Assembly: GCA_963697965.1 (NCBI GenBank)
Contig: OY969108.1
Location: 2,365,326-2,429,325, forward strand
Direction: 5' to 3'
Length of the DNA stretch: 64,000 bases
Origin: an uncultured delta proteobacterium
GTDB taxonomy: Bacteria; Desulfobacterota; Desulfobaccia; Desulfobaccales; 0-14-0-80-60-11
Of the stretch, positions 46,739 through 58,055 are shown one piece after another. Numbering within the stretch: the stretch's first letter is position 1; every line of letters begins with the position of its first letter. The notes under the pieces are model-generated. The model saw nothing but the letters and a program-made list of their open reading frames with translations, had not been told where the DNA came from and searched no databases. Made by a program: the position numbers and the translations under genes.

Positions 46739-46810
46739 CGGGTGAGAGGGTCAGGGTGAGGGGGGAATAAACGTGTCTCTCTCTTTATCGGACGCCGGGG
46801 ATAACCGGCA

Positions 46811-47356
46811 TTAGCGGATCGCATCCAGCATATCCGGAATCTGATACATCTTTCCGGCCAGCAGTTCCCCGGCTACCAGTGCGTCGGTGGGAAAGGCCAG
46901 GGGCTGGGGCGGCTGGGCCACTGGAAAGAAGGCCACTTCAGTGAGATCGTCTCCGGCCCGCAGGTCCCCTCCCAGCACGCGGCCGGCAAACCAGAGGCCC
47001 ACGGTGAGCCGCTCCGGGTCGTGGAAATTGGAGTGGGCCGCCAGCAACTCCCCCACTGCCACCGTGAGGCCCGTCTCCTCCTGAAACTCCCGGGCCGCGG
47101 CCTCCCTGACCTCTTCCCCCCACTCCAGGTAACCGCAGGGAAGACACCAGGCCCCCGGTGCCGGCCCGCCGGCCCGGCGCCCCCATAAGATCTGCTCCCC
47201 CCGGCGTACCACCACCGCCACCCCCACCGCGGGGTTGACGTACAAAACCCGGCCGCACCCCCGGCAGGTCAGGCGGTCCCGGCCCCCCCGGGGACGCGTC
47301 TCCAATGGCCCTCCGCAGCAAGGGCAGAAGCGGAATGAGGGTGGATTGCAGGACAT
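46811..47356 (-). CDS. NUDIX hydrolase with N-terminal zinc ribbon
   Basis: CPCCG...CRGCG ribbon and Nudix box GYLEWGEEVREAAAREFQEETGL. Confidence 0.85.
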   Translation of the reverse strand: MSCNPPSFRFCPCCGGPLETRPRGGRDRLTCRGCGRVLYVNPAVGVAVVVRRGEQILWGRRAGGPAPGAWCLPCGYLEWGEEVREAAAREFQEETGLTVAVGELLAAHSNFHDPERLTVGLWFAGRVLGGDLRAGDDLTEVAFFPVAQPPQPLAFPTDALVAGELLAGKMYQIPDMLDAIR

Positions 47357-47429
47357 GTTAGTTTGAGTTTCGAGTTTTGGTGGTTAATTGATTAGTGGGC
47401 CATCGAAGGCTTCTTCTATTTTCTTTTAA

Positions 47430-47460
47430 CCTGAAAACCGGAAACTGAAAACCGAAAACT
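47430..47460 (+). repeat. Degenerate octamer array (GAAAACYG-type)
   Basis: CTGAAAACCGGAAACTGAAAACCGAAAACTC read directly. Confidence 0.85.
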
Positions 47461-47532
47461 CTCTTTTAAGGTTGAAAGTGCAAGGAAATTCAATTAAAAA
47501 AAGCGAGGTTCCAATTTTTTGGGAGAAACCTC

Positions 47533-49581
<2,049 letters not shown>

Positions 49582-49743
49582 GTGTAGGGGCGACCCGCTG
49601 GGGCGCCTGTGTCGGGTGGGCACTGCCCGCCATATCTTCAGGGGCGACAGTGGCCGGAGCCTTGATGCCTGTAAATCGGGTCGCCTTCCCTAAAAATATT
49701 TTTATAAAGCGGGCGCCCTGGCGCCTGTTTGAGGAGACCAAAA

Positions 49744-50163
49744 ATGAGCACAGAGAAGACCTTATCCCTGATCAAACCGGACGGCGTGGCCCGGGGATTG
49801 GTCGGCGAAGTCATCGGCCGCCTGGAAAAACGCGGCCTCAAGATCAAGGCATTGAAGCTGGTGCAGCTCAGCAAGACCCAGGCCCTCGATTTCTACCAGG
49901 TCCACCAGGAGCGGCCCTTTTACCAGAGCCTCACCACCTTCATGAGTTCCGGCCCCATTGTAGCCATGATCATGGAGGGGGACCAGGCCGTCCAGGTGTA
50001 CCGGGACCTGATGGGCGCCACCGACTATCGCCAGGCCGCTCCCGGCACCATCCGGGCCGACTTTGCCCGGGAGATCGAAGCCAACATCGTCCACGGCTCC
50101 GACAGCCCGGAAAGCGCAGCCGCCGAAATCGCCTTCTTCTTCAACGCCCTGGAGCTGGTTTAG
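49744..50163 (+). CDS. ndk: Nucleoside diphosphate kinase
   Basis: TLSLIKPDGV and NIVHGSDS (active-site His). Start at ATG 49744, which follows GAGGAG. Confidence 0.95.
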   Translation: MSTEKTLSLIKPDGVARGLVGEVIGRLEKRGLKIKALKLVQLSKTQALDFYQVHQERPFYQSLTTFMSSGPIVAMIMEGDQAVQVYRDLMGATDYRQAAPGTIRADFAREIEANIVHGSDSPESAAAEIAFFFNALELV

Positions 50164-50380
50164 AGAGTGGTTCAGGAATATTTTTAATCCCGGATTATGC
50201 CGCAAGAATTGACGGAGATCTGTAATAGGGTCGGCCCATTATCCATCCTCTCCTTGACAAACAAGAAAAACGAATAATTCTATAAGACAAGGCATAATTC
50301 CTTCGCGCTCTCTTGTTGGTTTTTAATATTCCTCATGCTCCCTGCTACTGCCGTAAATCCCCTTCGGAAAGGACGGAGAA

Positions 50381-51389
50381 ATGGACCGGCGGCAGTTTAT
50401 CAATAGATTGGCGACCCTGGGCGCGGCCATAACGGTGACCCGGTTTCCCGGGCTGGTGACCCAGGCCTGGGCAGCCGAGGGAAAAGGCCAGATCCCGTAC
50501 CGCCCATTGGGCAGCATGGTTGAGAAGGTCTTCATTGTTGGTCTGGGCGGTTTTCACCTCGGCCGGCCCGATGTGCCAGAGCGAGAGCATCCGCATCGTT
50601 CGCACGGCCATCGACAACGGCATCAACTTCATGGACAATTCCTGGGATTATAACGGCGGCGAAAGCGAAATCCGCATGGGCAAGGCCCTGAGAGACGGTT
50701 ACCGCCAAAAAGTTTTCCTCATGACCAAAATCGATGGGCGCACCGGGGAGGCCGCCGCCAAACAGCTTGATGAATCCCTCAGGCGCCTGCAAACCGATGC
50801 CATCGATCTGCTCCAATTCCATGAATTGATTCGCATGTCCGACCCGGAGCGCATCTTTGCCCCCCAGGGCGCCTACGAGGCCATGCTCGCCGCGAAAAAA
50901 GCCGGAAAAATCCGCTATATCGGCTTCACCGGGCATAAGAGCACCGCAATCCACCTGAAGATGCTGGAACTCTGCTTCGCCAACAACTTCACCCCTGCCA
51001 CCGTGCAAATGCCGTTGAATCTCATGGACGCGCACTATGACAGCTTCCAAAAGCAGGTTCTGCCTGTGCTCCTGCAGCACGGCATCGGGCCCCTGGCGAT
51101 GAAATCCATGGGTGACCACTTCCTTCTCGAGAGCAACACCGTAACCCCCATGGAATGCCTGCACTATGACATGAATCTGCCGGTTTCCGTGGTGATTACC
51201 GGCTGCGACTCCATGCGAATCTTGGAGCAGGCCCTGACTGCCGCCCGCACCTTCCGGCCCTTAAGCGCCCAGGAGGTAGCGGCCCTGTTGGCCAAGACCG
51301 CCAAGGCCGCGGCGCTGGGCAAGTTTGAACTTTATAAGACCTCGGACCATTTCGACAGTACGGCTCACAACCCCCAATGGCTGGGTTAG
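50381..51389 (+). pseudogene. Tat-signal aldo/keto reductase split by a frameshift near 50576
   Basis: Frame A reads MDRRQFINRL...VGLGGFHLGRPDV. Frame B continues SESIRIVRTAIDNGINFMDNSWDYNGGESEIRMGKAL... One contiguous AKR is restored by removing 1 nt at GTGCCAG. Confidence 0.8.
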
Positions 51390-51434
51390 CCGCATCCGGC
51401 CGGGGATTCGCTCACCCCCAAGGAGGGAACAACC

Positions 51435-51941
51435 ATGAGTAAAGTGGCGGTTGTAATCACCGACATGTTCGAAGATTCGGAATATTCCCAGCCAGCCGCA
51501 GCCTTTAAGAAAGCCGGCCACGAACTGATTCATGTGGGTTTAAAAAGCGGCGTTACCGTGAAGGGCGAGAGGCAAGGCACGCCGGTTAAGGTCGACAAAA
51601 CCGCCCAGGAGGTCAGGGTAGGCGACTTCGACGCCCTCTTAATTCCAGGCGGTTATTCGCCGGATCAATTGAGGGTCGATGAGCACGTGGTGCGGTTTGT
51701 CAAAGAGTTCGTAGAAAGCGGCAAACCGGTTTGCCTGATCTGCCACGCCCCGCAACTTCTCATCACCGCCCAGGTGCTCAAAGGGCGCAAGATTACAGGT
51801 TGGAAATCCTTGATCCAGGATATCAAAAATGCGGGGGCCGAATTTATTGATCAGGAGGTCGTTGAGGACGGCAACCTGATTTGCAGCCGTAGCCCCGCTG
51901 ATCTCCCGGCTTTCATACGGGCCTGCTCGAAGAAATTATAA
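51435..51941 (+). CDS. DJ-1/PfpI family protein (class I glutamine-amidotransferase-like)
   Basis: 168 aa. LLIPGG and the nucleophile elbow ICHAPQLL. Confidence 0.9.
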   Translation: MSKVAVVITDMFEDSEYSQPAAAFKKAGHELIHVGLKSGVTVKGERQGTPVKVDKTAQEVRVGDFDALLIPGGYSPDQLRVDEHVVRFVKEFVESGKPVCLICHAPQLLITAQVLKGRKITGWKSLIQDIKNAGAEFIDQEVVEDGNLICSRSPADLPAFIRACSKKL

Positions 51942-52036
51942 GATTTCCTCGGAGACTGAAATCCCGAATAGGCGCCCGGTGGGTATTCCTGCCTCCAGGT
52001 CAAGGCTGAGCCGGAGCAGCACAGGAGGAAAAGTTA

Positions 52037-52463
52037 ATGAGAATCTGGGCCGCTCTTAATGATTACAAACGGCTTTTCTTCTCTCTAATTCTGATTCCAT
52101 CGCTGCCGTTCTTTTCATAGGCAGCGCCTGTGCACAGCAGGAAGGGCCTCCTAAAAGAGCCGCCATCTTGCTGACGATCTTCCTCAAGCACGATCAATCG
52201 AAGACTCTCGACGAGATTGAAGCTCAATTGAGGAAAACTGGCTTCTACAAGAACTTCCGCCGAAAGGAGTAGAGGTGGTCTCATGGTACGTAATGATGGG
52301 TATAGGGCAGGTGGTCACCTTGCGGGTGCCTGCGGAGAAACTGCGTGAAGTGAACCTAACAATTGAGCATGGCGCCTGGGGAGCCTTCCATACCGAGTTC
52401 TATGCAACTTACGACTACAAACCGGTTTGGGAAGATGAGCGCCAAAAAGCGCAGGGTAAATAG
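52037..52463 (+). pseudogene. Small secreted hypothetical protein gene disrupted by two frameshifts
   Basis: RBS AGGAGG plus ATG 52037 gives a signal-peptide-like start. The reading frame continues in another frame as ..LFIGSACAQQEGPPK..KTGFYKNF, then in a third frame as PPKGVEVVSWYVMMGIGQVV... The shifts sit at the T-run TTCTTTTC (about 52110) and at TTCCGCC (about 52257). Confidence 0.55.
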
Positions 52464-52598
52464 AGGAGGATCGGATAGGGAATACCTTTGGTGATAGGCC
52501 CCATGGCAGGAGGGTGGTCGATTTAGCCGATAGACTGTGCGCACCAAGTCGGCGAAAAGGCAGGCCCCAGATCTTACCCCACGTTTTTGCCTTTTGAC

Positions 52599-53264
52599 TT
52601 ACCCCGCCTCTGGATTCAGCAGGCGCTGCAGTTCTTCCGTCTCATAGACAACTTCTTTGCCGGCCAGCCGCACGCACCCGTGCACTACGTAGTTGAGAAC
52701 CCGGGGCTGCCAAACGTGTTCAGCCCGATTCACCTTGGCAGCCAGGGTCTCCGGCGTATCGCCCGGCTCAATGGGAACTGGCAGCGCCGAAATTATCGGG
52801 CCGCGGTCATAAACCGCATCCACAAAATGCATGGTGACCGCGCTGTGGGTAATCTCCCCGCGGTGATAAGCCGCCATAACCGCTTCGTGAACATGGTGTC
52901 CGAAAAGTTTCGGCCCGCCAAATCGCGGTAAAGGACCGGGATGGATATTAATCGTACGCGCCGGGTCCAGACCTGCCACCAGTTTCAGCCAGCCGGAGAG
53001 CATGACATAATCAGCGTGGAAATACTTGACAAAGTTTTGGTAGCCGCTCGCCTGATAGGGACCGGTCCAGTATTCGCAAGGTATCCCGAGCGCCTTGGCC
53101 GCACGCCAGACGCCGCCTTCAAAATGATTAGTGATAACCGCAGCAATCGAGGCGTCCAAAATTGGCGGGCTACTCCGGGCAGCCCTCACCATGTTCTCAA
53201 ATCCTGAGCCGCCGCCGGTTTTGGTTCCGGAAGCAAAAACCAGGATATTGGGATTATTTTTCAT
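52599..53264 (-). CDS. Formyltransferase, PurN (GAR transformylase)-like
   Basis: From ATG 53264: ILVFASG, INIHPGPLP, and HFVDAVYDRGPII (His/Asp catalytic pattern). Confidence 0.7.
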   Translation of the reverse strand: MKNNPNILVFASGTKTGGGSGFENMVRAARSSPPILDASIAAVITNHFEGGVWRAAKALGIPCEYWTGPYQASGYQNFVKYFHADYVMLSGWLKLVAGLDPARTINIHPGPLPRFGGPKLFGHHVHEAVMAAYHRGEITHSAVTMHFVDAVYDRGPIISALPVPIEPGDTPETLAAKVNRAEHVWQPRVLNYVVHGCVRLAGKEVVYETEELQRLLNPEAG

Positions 53265-53487
53265 GAGGCCATCCCCATTTTGTCTGCAAGGCATTCAGCA
53301 TCATCGGCTTTCGTTTTTCATACCATATTCTCGCAGTGGTTGCCTACCTGCCCCGCAAACCCAGCCTTCGCCAGCAAAATTGGCGGGCCGCGCCGGTTTT
53401 TCGGGGCGCCGGGGTTAACTAAAAAAAGGGGTGGGGATAAGGAGGTCTAAAAAGATTTTTGGCTTCCGAACATTTTTCCAAGGATAG

Positions 53488-53952
53488 GTGAACATGCAAG
53501 GCAAATTCAGTCTCGGGTTCGTGGCGCTCTCGATAATTGGGGGAGCGTTGTCCTTATTCTTACTAACCTCTCTTAATCCGTCCCAAGCCAAAGAAGGCGG
53601 CTGGGAGGGCCTGAAGACCAAAATAAAAATAACCAAGGAATTACATGACTTAAAACTGGCGCCGGCTAAAGAAGCGGCAGTGCTGGCCTTGGAGCAAAAA
53701 TATGCCAAAGAACGCCAAGACCTCATGTCCGCTTTGAGGAAATATCGTGAAGAATTAGAGGGCGCCTTGGCTGCGGCTCCCCCGGATGAGGCGAAGATTC
53801 AAGACCTGGTGCAGGCTGCCAACGCCACTCAGGATAAACTCTTAACCTCTTTGAAAATGGAACGGGACGAGGCTATGGCCCTGATGACTCCGTTTCAGCA
53901 AGGGCAGTTCCTCCTGGTACTGGGTAATTGGTTAGGGAAGGTACAGCTATAA
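53488..53952 (+). CDS. Periplasmic helical protein, Spy/CpxP-like (tentative)
   Basis: Signal/TM segment followed by helical repeats with LxxxQ-type motifs (MTPFQQGQF). Confidence 0.4.
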   Translation: MNMQGKFSLGFVALSIIGGALSLFLLTSLNPSQAKEGGWEGLKTKIKITKELHDLKLAPAKEAAVLALEQKYAKERQDLMSALRKYREELEGALAAAPPDEAKIQDLVQAANATQDKLLTSLKMERDEAMALMTPFQQGQFLLVLGNWLGKVQL

Positions 53953-53983
53953 GGGATCACCACGCTCCGCGCAAGGGTTCGGC

Positions 53984-54934
53984 ATGTGGAGACGCAATGG
54001 CCTGATAATTGCTGGCTTTTTGGGCCTGCTGCTGGCGGCGGCCGCCACTCTGGCCCTTTGGGGGTACGTACGCGATCCGCTCCGGTCGCTGCCCCCGCCG
54101 GAATCTAGGTTGCAGGCAGAGCGGACGACTCTTTCCGCGCCGGATCACCGTCTTGTTGAGCACATCACCCTCCCCGGGAAACTCCTTGGCAAGATCGCCT
54201 TCAACCTCAGCCTGCCCGATCCGCTTCCCCCTAAAAAACTGCCGGTCGTCCTGGTTCTGGGCGGCCTGGTCACGGGCGCAGACAGCATCCGCTACATAAA
54301 GGACGCCGGAGACAACGCCATCGCCAGCTACGCCTGGCCGGTACCGATGCGCCTGCACGGCGTCGGCGCCTTTATGCTGCAAGCGCCCGGCCTCTACCAT
54401 AACGTCATGACGATCCCGGGACAGGGGGCCTCAGTCCTTAATTGGCTGATCAGCCAGCCTTGGGCCGATGCGGAGCGCATCAGCCTGCTCGGCTTTTCCC
54501 AGGGAGCCTTGGCCGCGCCCGCAGTGCAGGACCTCGCCGCTCATTATGGCACCCGGGTCGGCTGGACGATCATCGCTTATGGCGGTGCGCCTCTGGGCGC
54601 CCTCCTGGCCGACAACCCGCATATGCGGCCGGCCTGGCTGGGCAAAGCCCTGGCGCCCTGGGTGGACCTGATATTCCATTCCCTGGAACCGACCGTCCAT
54701 CTGCCGCGCCTATCCGGCAAATTTCTGGTCCTGGAAGGGCGGGACGACAGCCTGATCCCGGAAGCGGCTCGTAATCTCATGCGGGACGCGGTGCCGGAGC
54801 CGAAAACCGTCATCACCTTTGAGGGCAATCACATGGGGGTCGGGCCTGACAAGATGGCTCTGCTCCAGGATATTATTGCCACCAGCAAAGAGTGGCTGAT
54901 CGAAAACGGCGCCATCAACCCGGGTTCCGATTGA
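53984..54934 (+). CDS. Alpha/beta-fold hydrolase (dienelactone-hydrolase-like), membrane anchored
   Basis: N-terminal TM helix, nucleophile elbow GFSQG, and a C-terminal D...H (EGRDD...GNHM). Confidence 0.7.
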   Translation: MWRRNGLIIAGFLGLLLAAAATLALWGYVRDPLRSLPPPESRLQAERTTLSAPDHRLVEHITLPGKLLGKIAFNLSLPDPLPPKKLPVVLVLGGLVTGADSIRYIKDAGDNAIASYAWPVPMRLHGVGAFMLQAPGLYHNVMTIPGQGASVLNWLISQPWADAERISLLGFSQGALAAPAVQDLAAHYGTRVGWTIIAYGGAPLGALLADNPHMRPAWLGKALAPWVDLIFHSLEPTVHLPRLSGKFLVLEGRDDSLIPEAARNLMRDAVPEPKTVITFEGNHMGVGPDKMALLQDIIATSKEWLIENGAINPGSD

Positions 54935-54979
54935 GCCCAGGCCCAACCTGCTCCTAAATCCGGATAAATTCCCTAAAAG

Positions 54980-55001
54980 GCCGTTGAAAACGGCTTTTTT
55001 T
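54980..55001 (+). terminator. Rho-independent terminator GCCGTT-GAA-AACGGC + T7
   Basis: Perfect 6-bp stem at 54980-54994 followed by seven T (54995-55001), 45 nt after the hydrolase stop. Confidence 0.7.
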
Positions 55002-55324
55002 GCGGGGCGGCGAGATCGCTCCGGGTTATTCGACTCGACAAAAGAGTTCTAGTTATTCAAGTACCTCGGATCATTTTTAATTTAGGCATTAGGAAAAATT
55101 AGGTGAGCCAGGCATCAGGTAATTCTAACCGTCTAATAGGGGAAACCCTACCACAGAAGCAGCCAAATAAAAGCCGGATTGTCAATCTACATTGAACCGC
55201 AGTCCTGGAGCATTCAATCAAAGCTCATGGTAAGAGGACTGCGTGATGTGCTCAACGGGAAGATTTTCCTAACTGTAAAACTTGGTACAAATACTGGGCA
55301 GTCCATTGGTTGACCGAATGGTAG

Positions 55325-55514
55325 GTGGAGAATCAACGCTTATCAAATAGTCTCCATTATATGATTATAAATTTTGCCGGATTCACAAAACCTCAGGGTC
55401 ATCCCGATGGCGGCAGGAGTCACAGGTCGCCTTTGGTCAATCTCTGAGATTATGCGAGAGGAAATTAGGACACGTACCGTCAAGGGGAAAATTGACTTAA
55501 TTTTTGTATTTTAG
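55325..55514 (+). pseudogene. Degenerate C-terminal relic of a DDE transposase (multiple frame breaks)
   Basis: Three frames together read VENQRLSNSLHYMIINF / CRIHKT / LRVIPMAAGVTGRLWSISEIM. This resembles the ..ENH..A.ALH.MYYNF.RIHKTLRVTPAMAAGVT..LW.. C-terminus I recall from IS transposases. It sits in a non-coding stretch of about 40% G+C (55010-55640). Confidence 0.4.
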
Positions 55515-55691
55515 TCAGCCGCTCCTGCGCCGCAGTGAGGCAATCTCAGGCCCGCCTGCTCCTGCTGCCATTCTCCTGAATTACCTTGACAAGCCTCCGT
55601 TGCGGCCCCATTTTAAGGTGAGCCGCCGTCGCGGCAATGGCTAGAATTGCGCCATCTGAGGACTTTTCCCTAAAGAGGAGAATCAATTCCT

Positions 55692-56492
55692 TTGAAAATC
55701 ATGGACAAGGGGGAAGGCGGGCCGGACGGGGTGATCCTGGAAGAGGCCCAGGAGGCCAGCGGAACCCCGGCTGCGGAAACCGGGATTCTGGTTCGGGTCC
55801 GGGCCGCCCTAAAGGCCGCCCCGGAGCACCGGCGCCGCACCGGCCGTCCTCTGGTAACCCTGAGCTATGCCCAAAGCCTGGACGGCAGCATTGCCGCCCG
55901 CCCCGGCCACCCTTTGACCCTGAGCGGCCCTCAGTCCCTGGTTTTGACCCACAGCCTGCGGTCTTGCCACGATGCCATCCTGGTTGGCATCGGCACAGTG
56001 CTGGCCGACAACCCCCACCTCAACGTCCGCCTAGTGCGGGGCCGCAATCCCCAACCGGTGATCGTGGACAGCCGCCTGCGCTTCCCGCCTTACGCCGACC
56101 TGCTGGGAAACGGCCGCGCCCCCTGGATCGTGGCCAAGGAAGGGGCCGATCCCGCCCGCCGGCAAACCCTGGAAGCCGCCGGGGCCCGGATCTTTTGCCT
56201 CCCCTCCAGCAATGGCTGGGTGGACCTGGAAGCGCTTCTAATTAGGCTGGGGGAATTGGAGGTCAACAGCCTGATGGTGGAGGGCGGCGCCCAGGTTATC
56301 ACCAGTTTTTTGGCCGCCCGCCTGGTGGACCAGGTCATCGTCACCATCGCCCCCTTGCTGGTGGGGGGCCTGCGGGTGGGGGACGGCATGGGGCCCGCCA
56401 ATCTCCGCTGGTTCCCCCGTCTCAGCAACCTCACCTATCAGCGTCTGGGGGAAGACCTGGTCCTCATGGGCGAACCCGTTTGGATGGCGTAA
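55692..56492 (+). CDS. RibD C-terminal-domain reductase (diaminohydroxyphosphoribosylaminopyrimidine reductase-like)
   Basis: RPLVTLSYAQSLDGSIA, AILVGIGTVLADNPHLNVR and MVEGGAQV motifs. The start is uncertain: TTG 55692 or ATG 55701. Confidence 0.75.
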   Translation: MKIMDKGEGGPDGVILEEAQEASGTPAAETGILVRVRAALKAAPEHRRRTGRPLVTLSYAQSLDGSIAARPGHPLTLSGPQSLVLTHSLRSCHDAILVGIGTVLADNPHLNVRLVRGRNPQPVIVDSRLRFPPYADLLGNGRAPWIVAKEGADPARRQTLEAAGARIFCLPSSNGWVDLEALLIRLGELEVNSLMVEGGAQVITSFLAARLVDQVIVTIAPLLVGGLRVGDGMGPANLRWFPRLSNLTYQRLGEDLVLMGEPVWMA

Positions 56493-57518
56493 ATGCAGCG
56501 GCGAACCCTTTATTTCACCGCACCGGGGCAAGTGGCTCTGCGGCGGCAGGCCGTCGCCGCCCCCTCCTGCGGCCAGGTGTTGGTGCAATCCATCGTCTCG
56601 GCCATCAGTCCCGGGACCGAAGGGCTCATCTACCATGGCCAGGCCCCCCAGGAACTGGCCCGGGATGAGAGCATCCCCGCCCTGTCCGGCGACTTTTCCT
56701 TCCCCCTGAAATATGGTTATGCGGTGGTGGGCCGGGTGGTCTCCCTGGGGCCCGGGGTCTCTCCGGATTGGGCAGGCCAACAGGTCTTCGTCTTCCATCC
56801 TCACGAGAGCCACTTCCTGGCAACCATTGATGAACTGCAGAGGCTGCCTGGACACCTCACCCCGGAAGACGCGGTCTTTTTCCCCAACATAGAGACCGCG
56901 GTCACCCTGCTGCTGGACGGCCAGCCCCTGATTGGAGAGCAGGTGGCCATTTTCGGCCAGGGGATCGTGGGACTGCTCCTCACCGCGCTGTTGGCCCGCT
57001 GGCCCTTAAGCTCCCTGGTGACCCTGGACCTCTACCCCAAACGGCGCCTGCTCTCCGAAAACCTGGGGGCCCACCTCAGCCTCGACCCCGCCGCGGGGGA
57101 CCTGGAGGAACATCTGCTGGGGCGCCTTCAGGGAGCGGGACCCTACCCCGGCGCCGACCTGACCTACGAGGTCTCCGGCAATCCCGAGGCCCTGAACCAG
57201 GCCATCGCCATCACCGGCTTTAACGGCCGGGTGGTCATCGGCTCCTGGTATGGCCGGAAGCGGAGCGACTTGAACCTGGGGGGCCGCTTTCACCGCAGCC
57301 GGATGCGTTTGATCAGCAGCCAGGTGAGCAGCCTTCCTCCCGAACTCAGCGGCCGCTGGAACAAATCCCGGCGCTATGGAGTCACCTGGCAGCTGCTGGA
57401 TGAGATCAAGCCGGCCCGCTTCATCAGCCATCGCTTTCCCTTCACCCAGGCCGCCCGGGCCTATGAGTTGCTCGACCGCACCCCCGGGGAGGCCATTCAG
57501 GTGATTTTCGATTATTGA
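56493..57518 (+). CDS. MDR-superfamily dehydrogenase, BchC-like (no catalytic-zinc Cys/His pattern)
   Basis: 341 aa. AISPGTEGLIY in place of GICGSDxH. Rossmann motif IFGQGIVGLL. The start abuts the previous stop (TAAATG). Confidence 0.7.
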   Translation: MQRRTLYFTAPGQVALRRQAVAAPSCGQVLVQSIVSAISPGTEGLIYHGQAPQELARDESIPALSGDFSFPLKYGYAVVGRVVSLGPGVSPDWAGQQVFVFHPHESHFLATIDELQRLPGHLTPEDAVFFPNIETAVTLLLDGQPLIGEQVAIFGQGIVGLLLTALLARWPLSSLVTLDLYPKRRLLSENLGAHLSLDPAAGDLEEHLLGRLQGAGPYPGADLTYEVSGNPEALNQAIAITGFNGRVVIGSWYGRKRSDLNLGGRFHRSRMRLISSQVSSLPPELSGRWNKSRRYGVTWQLLDEIKPARFISHRFPFTQAARAYELLDRTPGEAIQVIFDY

Positions 57519-57671
57519 GTTCTCAGTTTGGGGTTTTCACTCCGTACCAGCTCGAAACTCAGGGCGGACACATGGGTCCGCCGCTACTACTTAAAAATCT
57601 AAATCGGAACTGGGCGACCCAATCACAGGCTGGAAGCCTGTGCCACTGTCGCCCCTACAGAGGAGCCGACC

Positions 57672-58055
57672 ATGCACAAGTCATACACTCTGGCGGTAAA
57701 GCGATCCTTCGTGGCCCGGCATTTCTTGGAAGGCGGTGATTGGGGCCGGGAAAACCAGACCCACTCCCATCATTACCAGGTCGAGGCGCTGCTGGAGGGT
57801 CAGGTTCTCGATACTCACGGCTTTCTGGTGGATATTGTGGACCTAAATGGACACCTGGACGAACTGGTCGCCTATTATCAGGATCAAACCCTGAACCAAC
57901 TGCCGGAATTCGCGGGGCTCAATCCCAGCATCGAGCATTTTGCCCGCATCCTCTGCCAGGAGCTCTTGAGCCGCCTCAAGGAGCCGCTCCACGCCCTCAC
58001 TATCAAGGTTTGGGAGGATGACATCGCCTGGGCCGCCTACCGGGAGGAGCGCTAG
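57672..58055 (+). CDS. 6-pyruvoyl-tetrahydropterin synthase/QueD-fold (T-fold) protein, divergent
   Basis: 127 aa. FVARHFL and THSHHY match the zinc-His pattern. The Cys and the DHH His of the QueD/PTPS catalytic sets are not present (ENQTHSH; YQDQTLN). Confidence 0.7.
   Translation: MHKSYTLAVKRSFVARHFLEGGDWGRENQTHSHHYQVEALLEGQVLDTHGFLVDIVDLNGHLDELVAYYQDQTLNQLPEFAGLNPSIEHFARILCQELLSRLKEPLHALTIKVWEDDIAWAAYREER

Noticed and set aside
52063-52284. Minus-strand 73-aa ORF.
   Set aside because: The + strand shows a better-supported, though frame-disrupted, gene with a strong RBS, a signal peptide and continuous sense across three frames.
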